From Hemiscyllium ocellatum (lineage: Eukaryota), in assembly GCF_020745735.1 (NCBI RefSeq), contig NW_026867509.1:1984001-2048000 (forward strand): a stretch of DNA of 64,000 nt, in the 5' to 3' direction. Positions 12,425 through 23,599 of this stretch are shown piece after piece. Positions within the stretch are counted from its first letter, which is position 1, and each line of letters starts with the position of its first letter. The translations under genes and the position numbers were made by a program. The notes under the pieces are model-generated. The model was not told where the DNA came from and searched no databases. It saw only the letters and a list, made by a program, of their open reading frames with translations.

Positions 12425-13310
12425 TTGTGGGATGACATTCAACAGATATTCAGTCAATGGTGAAATTGCAAATCACGGGAGTTATTCTGTTCATTTTATT
12501 GATATTAGATTTGAATATGTTATGTTTTATCAGAATGTAAAGCAATGAGGAGATGAGATGGCAATTATTTTACATATCTTCTTCTTGTGATGTGCAATAC
12601 ATTGCCAAAACGGCTGCTGGAAACAGAATCAACAGTCAAATTCAAATGGGTAATCGATTGCAGCTGAATCAGGCAAACAATGCAGGGCTATGTGGAGAAC
12701 GTAAGTGCATTAGGAACAATTACAAAGGATTCTGTAGAAAACAGTATTCACACATTCTGTGGACAGACTAACTCGAACGATCATCTTGTCGTCATCTTGA
12801 AAGCTGGAGGGCATAAGGTGAAGGTGAAAGGAGAAAGATTTAAAAGGGACACATATGACAGCTATTTTGCACAGAGCGTGGAGTGTATATGAAATGAATT
12901 GCCAAGGAAGTCTTAGAGACAGGTATAGTGAAATCATTTAAAAATCGTTTGGAAATCGATGATGGGCAGAAATGTTTAAATAGATGCAGGCCAAACGCTG
13001 GCAAATGGAAAACATTGGTTTGGGAAACCTGATAATTTGGTTGATGCTATAACTCTATAATAAATTTCCAAACTTCACCACCCAAAATATAACCAAACGA
13101 TGCTGTGGCACCATGCAGAATAGGATCCAAAATAAACGACGGGTTTGATTAGCACTGGTTATTTCAATCATTGTCTGCATGTTACCTCTGTTTATGAGAG
13201 TATACCCGATTTTTGATCCACTTTTATCCCCAATCGCGTCACTTTCTTCTCACAGTATTCACAGCTGACGTGAAATATTTCAATTTTGTATTAACTGATT
13301 TCAGGTTTTC

Positions 13311-13480
13311 CTTTGTGCCTTTTTCTTTTCTTGCGATCATGGCAATCTGCACAAACGTCTCTCAGCAGTCTGTTTGGTTCTGTCTGTAATGTCTCTAGGG
13401 TGGTTTTACTATTACACACTGGAATCTACCTTTCAGATTTCTCTCAATTGCAATTACTTTCATTGGATTATGGTTTTCTG
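13311..13480 (+). repeat. Right arm of the inverted repeat flanking supporting V1 (inside the J-to-supporting-V intron)
   Basis: 63% ungapped identity to the reverse complement of 10931-11050; core TGGTTTTACT. Confidence 0.75.
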
Positions 13481-15109
13481 AGTGGAAATCTTTTTAGTTT
13501 TGCAGTAAAAGTGAAGACAGGGCCATTCAGCCAAACTGATTTGTTGCTGCTCGTTTATGCCAACGTTCACTTATGCCTGAAATCTAATTCACATTGTCCA
13601 TTTAACACAGTGTGTAGTGCATTCCATTCTCCTGCCTGTGTTTTCAAAACCTTCTATAATTGACTCAATATAATGTGCTCGAACTACTCTGGTGGCAAGT
13701 TCCATATTTTGCACATTTCTTCACCTTCGTTACTTTATTTGTTCTGCTAGTGGCCTATTGCTCTGAGCTCAGTCTCATCCATCCCAGTTTCGAGACCATC
13801 GTACTTAAGATTTTCATGAAGTCTCTTCGTGCTTCGCTGCTCCTAATGCAAACCAGATCCAGCGAAAGCAGTTCACGCTTGGGTCTCCACTGCTTTCTGC
13901 GGTATAAAATGCCACTGATTCAAGACAATCGATCGTCTGAAAATCTTTTTGCTCTTCGTCGTCCGATCTGCTGAATCCTAATTGCAAATTGTGACTATTG
14001 GATGGACTTTTCTGTCTGGAGAAAATTCCATCGATACATCTACCCCTTAATAATTCTATATGTTCAAATTAAATCACTCTGCTTGTTCTAAACGGAAGGC
14101 AATGGTGCTAACACTTCAGAATACCTTCACAAAGGACAATTAGTTTATCTCAAGTGAATGTCGAGTGAATATTAGCTTTACTTGTTCGCAAACAAATTAA
14201 TTCATTCTCAAGTAAGGAGAACAAATTTCTAACCAGCATTTCAGTGTAGAAAACATTCCATCCCTTCGCTTCATATAACTCATACAACATTCTCATGATG
14301 GGTTTAATTTGAACGATGCCCCAGAAATTGTCACATATTCCTTTTGATGAATTGTTACTTGCTGTTTCTAAATGAGCATTCTTCAGTTTGAGCTGGTTCA
14401 GATAATTACGTTCATTACAGCAATCCGACGTCGCAAAACACCGACATTAAATGAACCTAATATCTTTGCAGTTTCACGTTCAATTTCAGGCAATTAAAAT
14501 GGAAATATGATTGGTTAAACGAATGCATATATGAAATGAATTGAGAAGAAATAGTAACTCGGTGATTCCTGGCTCCCAATCCTCAAATAGGATAACTCAT
14601 CTTGACGTACATCCAGATACCTTCTACTTGAGGTTCGCCAAGTAGTATTCCTGATTTTCTCGTGGGTGAAATGTTTTCATTGAACGTTTGGAATTTGGGC
14701 TTGATTCTCTGCCTGCTGCAAAGCTCTGAAAACTTGCTTCTGTGACCTAAGCAACAAAAAGAGCTCCCTCGGTCACAGGTAACTCCTGGAATGGATCCCA
14801 GACAGTCAGTCCTCTTTATTCATTGAGTCACCTGTTCGCCATGTTGTTGGTGTCCCTTTATTGACCGGTTTGACCATTGATACCACAGGTACAGTGAAAC
14901 CGTTGACTCAGGACCAGGTGTCATTCATTTTTTTCGCCTGTGGAAACCAGGACCTGACACGTATATTCTGCTGACAAGCAACTCCGACATTGGACCAGAA
15001 GCGATTCCTTCTAAAATATTTGTTTACTTTATTTACATTTAAGCTAATAACAATGAAACGATCATTTAGCATCATAATCCATTGCAAGATGGAATGCAGA
15101 GTCACTTAC

Positions 15110-15198
15110 CAGCTGTGACAGTCAACGCCGTTCCGGTTCCATCTACATAGTCATAATAACACAGCAATGCTCCTTTAAGTCTCCTCTGCACAAGAACC
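15110..15198 (-). CDS. NAR-type J segment 1 (15110-15159, YYDYVDGTGTALTVTA) with 5' 23-RSS (15160-15198)
   Basis: GxGT-xLTV G-strand motif, phase-1 donor G|GTAAGT, RSS CACAGCA-23-ACAAGAACC. Confidence 0.93.
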
Positions 15199-15510
15199 AA
15201 TGTTACATCAAAGCATCGAAACATCATCAGCACGCTGCTTGACCAAGCTAATTATTCAAGCGATTTAGATAGATAGGCGATATTCTCCGTGTCCAAATTC
15301 CCTTTGGCTCAAGCTCATCTCTTGTTCTTCTATCAAATGGCACAGGAATACAGGAGGTGGATGTTCACTTCATGTCAGCGAAGAACAATCGAGTAAACAA
15401 ATTAGTTCTTGACGGGAATTGTAAAGATATAAAGCTGCATTGCAGTGAAGTGAACTTCAAGCTGACAATTGAGTGTTGGGGCCGGAGAATGTATACTTTA
15501 CTTGTAAAGA

Positions 15511-15582
15511 TGTTTGTGATCGGGCTTCTTTCACTGTGCCTTGTTCCAAAATGTCACAGTGGTATATGTCGGTGTAAAACTT
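15511..15582 (-). other. NAR D segment 1 (15539-15554, ACATTTTGGAACAAGG) flanked by two 12-RSS
   Basis: Perfect heptamers on both sides (15532-15538, 15555-15561) with 12-nt spacers. Nonamers TCACAAACA and GTAAAACTT. Same geometry as in cassette 2. Confidence 0.88.
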
Positions 15583-15900
15583 CACAGGTTTTGTTGAGAT
15601 TTTGGGTATGACAGCTGAACGTCAATTCCTGATTTCAGCTGTTAGAACAGGACTCCGATTCACGTCAGTAGCCTTTAACAGTGATCAATCATTCCCAACA
15701 TCCACTCACGCACACCAGTCTTGACAAAGATATCGCCATCCAAAGACACATGGCATTTGTGAATCATAGCATGTTTTTAACATTAATCCAGTCTAATTGC
15801 AAATTGTACTGCGGGGCAGCGGCTGTGAGGCCGAAATGTGGGAATTTCTGGGCAGGTTGGCTATTTTTTTCAATTTCTTTTTGCAAAAATCTCCAATGAG

Positions 15901-15937
15901 AGTTTTTGTGGGACGGAAACCGTAGCCCATCACTGTG
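15901..15937 (-). other. RSS of NAR V1 (21-nt spacer)
   Basis: CACAGTG(15937-15931)-ATGGGCTACGGTTTCCGTCCC-ACAAAAACT(15909-15901). Confidence 0.9.
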
Positions 15938-16421
15938 TGTGCCATCCCAGTAACGAGCTTTGCAGTAATAGGTGGCGGTGTCTTCAACTCTGACATCCCG
16001 AATTTCCAACGAAAATGTCTTTTGTGCTTTATCTGTGGACACAACGAATCTCCCGCCACCGGAGATCCGCTCCCATTGCGTAGCTTGCCGCGTTTGTCTA
16101 AAGAAATGTCCACTCTCAAAATATTGATAAGAATAACGACTTTTGAAAACACAGTTGATGGTGAGAGACTGGCACTCCTTCTTATTAACAGCGACTGGGC
16201 TCTGTGTCACTGACTGACTGAAATAACCTGAAAATTGAACAGAGAGAAGTGAGCGAGCATTAGAACTGACCAAAACTTTACCTGCAATTAACACTGCAGG
16301 TCCTGCCTGAAATGCGGACGAATTCGGCACCAGTGTTGTTTGAAATTCGTAATGTTAATTTTTGTGATCGATACTCACAGGGTAAACAGACACACAAGAT
16401 TAAACCAAATAGGTTACTCAT
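15938..16421 (-). CDS. IgNAR-type (NAR-TCR) V gene 1: leader exon 16379-16421, V exon 15938-16227
   Basis: Leader MSNLFGLILCVCLP T|GTGAGT; acceptor TTTTCAG|GT. V reads SQSVTQSPVAVNKKECQSLTINCVF...WERISGGGRFVVS...EDTATYYCKARYWDGT. CDR2-less VNAR signature (WERISxGGR) plus an extra FR1 Cys. Confidence 0.95.
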
Positions 16422-16429
16422 ATTTCCCG

Positions 16430-16760
16430 GATTGGGAGCTGATAGTTAGATGATAGTTAGGGGAACGACAGATTACTCTGGACTTCTGAATCGTGACCTG
16501 GACTGAAGTACTTTGGATGGAGGGAGTGGATTTGTGCGCTGCAGTGTCCATGAGGTGATTGATGGGCGGAGTGGATTCAAGATCTGTGGGCGTGCGTTAT
16601 CTGAGTACGCGGTAGGTTTGAGGAGGGAACCTCCAGCTTTATGTCATTTCACCAGTTCTGTGGACTAGGTATGTAATCACCTCCCACATTAACCGAGTGC
16701 ACAAGGGTGGGTGCGGTGTTGAAGGTGGGACATTTTTTTCTGTCAATGATCGCTGCATTC
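16430..16760 (-). promoter_or_regulatory. Putative NAR V1 promoter, conserved with 63430-63760
   Basis: Shared blocks tcgtgacctg, gaggtgattgatg, tggattcaag and a kappaB-like GGGAACCTCC (16625-16634). Confidence 0.5.
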
Positions 16761-17119
16761 CTTTTTAGTCCTGCAGTAATGAGCTGGGTACTCTGTCTGT
16801 TTTCTTACTTCGTCATATGTGTTGACCAAAGAATGTGGAGCGATGATGCTGGAAGAAACCAAAAATTACCTTCCCCATTCCACTGTCCCCAGCATTACTT
16901 TCGTTAACTACCTGCCCCGTTCTCTACCTCTTGTTAATTCAACATTTCTCTTGATGATTTAATGCTGAGCAACTCCGTTGGACCCCGGTCACACATCTGA
17001 TCAGGAAAACTGAACCTTCAACCCAGTGGCTTCCCTCAGTCTTGCAACTGAGGCCCGGATGACAAAACGATATTATCCAATGAGAATGTTGTTGTGAACA
17101 TACATAATGTCGTTGATGA

Positions 17120-17440
17120 ACTGACTTTCACAGACATTTAAAAAAACACTGTTTCTGCAATCGTCCTTTCTGACTGCTGTTATAATTTAACGGTAGAAAG
17201 ATTTTCCATGTTTTAATTAAACTTTCGTGCATTCTTGTAAACTGTAGAGAATGCAGTCTGAGCTTCCTCTGGGGACAATCCGATCATTCCAACAATCAGT
17301 CTGATGAGGCATTGTTGCTTTCCTCCTCTGGACTCGGATTTATTGCTGGTGGTGGGATGTGTACATTCTGAAGGAGTTTCATCTAAAACTTTCCCAATAA
17401 CTAATGATGTGATTGTTTTGAATGTTCCCACTTCTGTTCT
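17120..17440 (-). pseudogene. Possible heavily decayed TCR V relic
   Basis: Frame-shifted fragments ECTHPTTS, CWNDRIVPRGSSDCILY and GKSFYR*IITAVRKDD fall in V-domain order. No recognisable RSS. Confidence 0.35.
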
Positions 17441-19199
17441 TTTCAGGTTTTAATGTAACTGTGTTTTTGTTTGTTTCTCCTTAAATCTCTGCTCAAGCTT
17501 GTTCTGGGTACAACACTGAGACGCAGTGAATTTTAAGCCTGTTAAAGTGAATCCCTGTCGATTGCACAGTTTGATTCGAATGATTCTCCATTTATAATAT
17601 ATCAATACAGAAGAATATTTTAAGACCTATATTAAAAGAGGAAGTCTTTGAGAAACATAGCAGCGATTCTAAAGATTCACTTTTGTATCGCATTCTACAG
17701 AGGCTGCCAGACCTGCTGAATTTCTCCAACACTTGAATGTCATTAGTTAAGATCTCCAGTATCCGCGTATTTTAAACTATAGGCCCAAGTGCATAGAAAA
17801 CCGATTCCAGGTACATTTCATTGCCGATTGTGATTACCTTAATGTTGGTGACCATGCCTTGGACTGCCTGGACCCTGAAATTTGGAATTTTCTCCCGAAA
17901 TATTTGAAGAAGTTCTACTTTATTTTCCTCATTGAAAACGCTCCTTACCACTGATTGCTTTGGCCAAGCATTTGGTCATGTCGTTTAATGTGACCTTAAG
18001 TACCTATGAATCTCCGAGACACTTCGTTACGTGAAAACTCTCGTCTTCAACTTGTTGTTGAGTGAGAGAAGACCACTGAAAGAGGCTGTCCCAAAGTAAG
18101 TCCAAATATATAGTACATTATAACAGAGCTGGACTTAAGTGAATGTATTGTCCCTGTTCTCTTCATCAGATAACTCTACTCTGTCAGTCCTATTATCATA
18201 GAACGAAGATCCTCTGGTTTCATTCTTCCACGAGATCCTGAAACAATACTTCTGTTGAAGAACGAGGTGAGGCAGTATAAACTGAAGAGTAATGGGTAAA
18301 CAATGGGACAGTAACACACAGAGGAGTGGTCGAAGGCTTCCTTTCTTTGCTATAACGAAGCTGTGGTTTTCTACCAATATCACTGCCTTTCCTGTGCACC
18401 CTGAGTGGTGAAGTTGTTGCTTCTCACAGACAGGTTTCAGATCCAGGTCTGAAGAAGACCTTCTGGAACTCCAGAATTGACTCTGGGCCGAAGACCTTGT
18501 TTACGTGCTGGAAAGAACTCGTTGATATGATTGGCCATCAATGCCTCCAGTGCTGGATGTTACACAAAACAGGACAGTATGCGGGTTAAGCTGAAATGCG
18601 TGAGACTTGCTGCCCTGGTCCTTCCGGTTGAAGGAGTTGGAGAGTTTGAAAGATCCTGTCAACATTCCAGCGCTGTTGTGGGAACAACTCACCCTCCTTG
18701 TTCTTTTTCTGCCTCACCTATCTCTCTATCCTTCAATACATGCCAGAGTATTATTAAGGGTATTAGTTAAGAAGTCGTGAATCAATGATAACCTGATAAG
18801 TGTTCTTGGTCACATTTTCCTAGTAACTACCCCAGAAATGATCAGATTCTTTCAACTCAATTTCACAATCTGCCTTTGTGATTTTGAATGTCCTCTCTCT
18901 GATGCTTTCCCCCTAAAAATCAATTTCACAGACAATGATCAGGGCAGAAAAAATGACGCATGGAGGAAATTTGAGTCAATCATTCTATTAGAAGAGGGTG
19001 AAGTCGCCTAACTTATCATTTAAACATTATCGGGTTTGGAAGATGGAAGGAAAAAGCCCTGTTTACAGTGTAGAGAAACTGCTCTTGTGTTACTTGTGTA
19101 GACAAAGCTTAAGCCATAATCTGATGGATCAGAACAGACAGTAAAGCATGTTTTATTCCGAAATGCATCTCCAACAGGAAGAAATGTTGCATTATGCAA

Positions 19200-19345
19200 C
19201 AAGCGATTCACTTGCCATTCAGTGCAGACTACGCATTGGTGGTATCAAATAGAGAATACGCTATTCACTTGCTGAAACTGTGAAAGAGATTCACTCAGTC
19301 ATCAGCCTGCTGAAACATCAGCAAGTGCACACTGGGGAGAATCTA
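19200..19345 (+). pseudogene. C2H2 zinc-finger gene fragment
   Basis: Frame-shifted KRFTQS..LLKHQQVHTGE motif. Confidence 0.6.
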
Positions 19346-20322
19346 GTTACATACCCTTCTGTCCAGTCTAAACTCCAGCAATTTTCCACGTCTCTTCATT
19401 TCTGAAGGACAGTACTTTTGAATTAGGAGTGTTTCTCTTTCACAGACGCTGCCAGGCGTGTTGAGTTTCGAGAAACATTTTCTGTTTTTATTTCAGGTCT
19501 CCAGATCCGCAATGTTTTTTTTGTCTAGGTCATGCTAGAACACGAGATAGATTGTTTGGTCATGGAGGAATGGGTTCAGGGATGTATTTAAGGACGAATT
19601 GGATATATAGAGTAGGAACAGTGTAAGGACGAAATTCCGGAGTGTCTGTCATATGCAACTGAAAAAAAATGGTCAACGTTGTTAAGCCATTTAATTCAAG
19701 AATGTACAACAGACCTGAATGAGATGGGTTCAGATATTTTAGAAGTCTGTGCTTCAGCAGGAGATTACGTAGATAGGAATGGTGATAATCGGGAATGTAA
19801 ACATGGTAGTGAATCTGAAAATGTAGTGGCTTCCAATCCTAGAAACTTCATAGTTTCGGGAATACATGTGTGCAATATAGGACTATGTAAATTGAGCTAA
19901 AACAAATGGAATTATTTTCAGGGTCACTGACTTTGTAGACTTTTTGTTGACATTGTGCGAGAACTTCTCAATTCTTCTTAATTTTTTTTGAGTTTCGACT
20001 GTACCACCATTAACGGCAGTGAATTGAACATTCAAAGGTCACTTGCTTGCCCCTCAAGTCCTTCAAAACCTCCATCCATCTTTCATTAAAATATACCCCC
20101 AGGTCGCCGATACCTCCAGTAAAAAGTAAAAAAAAACAACTCAAATCAGGAAAGTGGAAGCTCTTTCTTGGTGAAATCCATCCATACACAACATTGGTAA
20201 TCATAGTCTGTGCGCAAAGAAACTGCGTGACTGTTTTGACTGTTTGGATGTATCTGTAGTCACCTTCTAAATGATAAACCTAAAATAGACCTTCTGCCAA
20301 AGTACGTTTCAAAGTGTTTGTT

Positions 20323-20960
20323 TCATTGTCTATCCCAAGAAGTACAACAATGTGTTACAAGACATGAATGAGATCTCATTTGTGAATTTGTTATTGTATG
20401 ACCAGGTTGGATGACAATGAATCCTTTCCCACATTCAGGACAGATGTATGGTGTCGTTCCAATGTGAAGACGCCTGTGTACCAGCTGCACAGATGAATTA
20501 GTGAATCCCTCCCCCCCAGTCAAGAAAGGCTTTTTGCCCATTGGCAAGACGAAACATTGGTGTGCCAAACGTTTGGATGAAGTGGTAAATATCTTTTCAC
20601 ACTCATGGCCAGAGACCTTAATCGCGTGGCATGATTTCGCTGATATACAGTAAGTTGAGATGATCTCTTGAACCCAGTGCCAAAGTGAGTTACGATGAAT
20701 GGTCTCATGTCTTTCTGAACACGTTGATGAAGAATCAGTTCACCAGAAACTGTACAGAATTTCTCGCAGTTTGGACATTGAAAACGTCTCTTCTCTCTGC
20801 AGTCTGAATGCGCTGATATGTCAGCATGTGTGATGACCCAATGAATCCTTTTCCATACTCAGCACAGATGATTGGCTTTTACTCAATGTGATTGCATCAA
20901 TGAATTTCCAACTCAGTCGGGTATTTGAACCCTTCTCAGAACATAATGAATTAATCGACT
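20323..20960 (-). pseudogene. Multi-C2H2 zinc-finger pseudogene
   Basis: Repeated finger and linker fragments (GFTNSSVQLVHRRLHIGTTPYICPECGKGF; FQCPNCEK...LILHQRV; GFKRSSQLTVYQRNH) with stops and frameshifts. Confidence 0.85.
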
Positions 20961-23305
20961 CTGTCAGATCTTGATGTGACAGATGAGTTCAGTTTCTCCG
21001 CCACCGAGTCTCTGCTTTAAATACAGTGCACGAAAAAGCAATAAAGACCTTCAATACCAGTTCAGAATGGAAATTCAAAATGATCAACATTTCTCTTTAG
21101 TAAATGCTGGAGATCTGAAATGAAGGAAAAACCTAACACGTTCAGCAGCATCAGTGGAGAGTGAATGCTAATTAACATTTAAAGTTCAGCCTCCCGTATG
21201 TATTACAGGAAAATCTGCTTTTCTCTACAAAGATTCTGCCAGTCTTGACTTTCTTCTCACTTCCAGCCTTCCTGCAGTATTCCTCTTGGTTTGAAATTTC
21301 CGTGGGTAAATCCCCTGCAAAAAGATTTAATAAACCTCACCCCTGTCCATTTTGCAGAGATATTCATGGCTTGCCACTCCACAATCAAGATTAATGCGCT
21401 AGCACGCTGTTGGCCGTTGCACCCCCACCAACAAAAGTAACAACATATAGCTGTGGCTTGTGTTTGAGACACGCAGCACCACAGCTTCAGACTAGTTCAT
21501 TGTCAGTGCGGGACTATGAGAGTCTTATTCGGTTTTGAGGTCTGTAAGCGTTGTTGATGAAAGCTCCCCCCTCCCGCCACCACCTCCAGTGTCTTTCCCA
21601 CATTTTGCTTTCTTTCACATTTCACGGAGAACAAGTACCCATCATCCTGCAGCAGGTGTGGCCACGTGGACATGCATCTTTCACAACACCGACGATGCAT
21701 GATCAAATCGGAATTGCACTGCTCATGATCCTATTGCGACGGTCTGGACATGGAGAGGAGATATTGCAAAATAAAAGGGTATGTTTTTGATTCCACGTAA
21801 ATTCAGTGCATTCGCAGAACTTGTATTTATTAACACATTTTCCATCAATGATATCTCGGCTTGCAGTCCAATCTCGGATACTGCAATAATAAAATTCTGA
21901 AATAATAAAAAAAACACGTAATAAAGAGAGCGTTTGGATGGTGCTTGAAATTCGTGGGGTGTCAGAGAAATTGTTAGCGTCGGGTACAATTGTGATATTT
22001 AAAAGTCGTTTGGTTGGGTACATGAATAGGACGATTTTCGACACATATCAAATGCTGGCAAATGGGTCACAACCAGTTTATTAAATGGTTGAGCCAAACG
22101 TTCTGCACTGTACTGTGCAAATGTGTATTTATTTAGGAAGTTGATTTAAAATTTAATGTTTATTCTCAGCTATTTTTCAAATCAAATATGTCTTCATTTA
22201 TATCAATAGACTTTCAAAATATTCTCCACCGTATACAACATGTTGATGGAAAGTAAAGCTGGTTGCTGCTATGCAACTCCCTGGTTAGATCATAAATTGA
22301 GCACTGGGTATAGTTCTGGAAAGGCACATTATATATGATCCATATTAACATTGAAAGTTTCAGAGCGTTTTGAAAATTGAATTCGGTCACGTCACTGTTA
22401 ACTTCATGTCTACATCTAACTTATCTGATGCAATTATTATTGCATACCGGTCCTGTGATTGAACTAATTATGTCATTTGTGGGCACTCCCAATCATGTCA
22501 CTCAGAGATGCTCCACATTGATGGAACTTGCCTTTTGGATTTGAAATGCAATCATTATTTGGCCAAGAGTTATGTGAACACTTCTGCTTCTTCTTTTCCT
22601 TTATACTCTCTCGTTCATTTTAAGGTCAATAGGAATAATGAAGAAAGACAGAACAGACTGTAGACTAACCGATGAGCAAATCAATGTCTTTCTCTGCTGT
22701 TACCGTTTATCAATTTTACACCAAGAGTGAAGATGTCAGTTTCTATCTTGTGATTGTAGTGGAAGAGTTTTGCTGATTGATTGCAAGTTCCATTTAGAAT
22801 TCGTAACTTTCACAATCCTTTGTGGGAAGTAATTGTTCTTCATATCATTCCTAAATTATGGACACGTAATTGGGAGAATGTGAGCTCAGCTCTCGGTACT
22901 CCAGCCCTTAGAGAAAGCCTATTTTGCACTCTACTCTCCGAACTTTGACTTTTTGAAGAGTTCAAAAGTAAAATTCGAGAAATGGACTGTCAGAGAGACC
23001 GAGACAGTGAATGTGCATGTGCGCACGCATCCATTTATTTGTGCTTTTGTTTCTGTATCTGCATATTTCGATGCCTCCGCTCCTGACACTCTGTGTGTGT
23101 TTGTCAGTATGAGTGCTTGTATTTAGCGTGTGTAAATGTGTGTTTCTATGTTTGTGCATATCTCTGTATCTGAATCTGGGTGCGATCGACGGTCTGTTAT
23201 TTTGGAGGTTGATTCAAAGGAAAGGGTCAAAACCTCTTTCTCTTTTTCAGTCTCTCTTGTTGTTGAAGTCATCAAATATTACTGCTCACGTGGAACTGTG
23301 TCTCG

Positions 23306-23306
<1 letters not shown>

Positions 23307-23340
<34 letters not shown>

Positions 23341-23357
23341 TGTGTGTATGTATGTGT
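23307..23357. repeat. (GT)n microsatellite
   Basis: Direct reading. Confidence 0.95.
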
Positions 23358-23599
23358 CCATCTATGCCTGCAATGGGACAAAGTTTGTCCGGGAGGGACA
23401 GTTGAATGAATGATTAAAACCTGATGAATAAGAGGCTCAGAATCTCTCTCTCCATCTGCATGCCTGTCAGTCCCTTTTCAGTTTAAAGTGATGTAATGCC
23501 GCCCTCTACTGGCTTCCCCATGCCATTGTTATGTGTTTGATCTGATTCAGTTTCTTCCAATGTTTCATTGTTAGAATCATGTGACATTTCGATGTCTGC

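Noticed and set aside
15660-15740. Candidate second NAR D segment between V and D
   Set aside because: No CAC heptamer pair with 12/23 spacing in either cassette; only intron-level paralogy.
18100-18395. ORF with faint V-set resemblance (..PLLCVLL..RISWKNETRG..DNTFT)
   Set aside because: No RSS, no plausible leader intron and no YxC motif.
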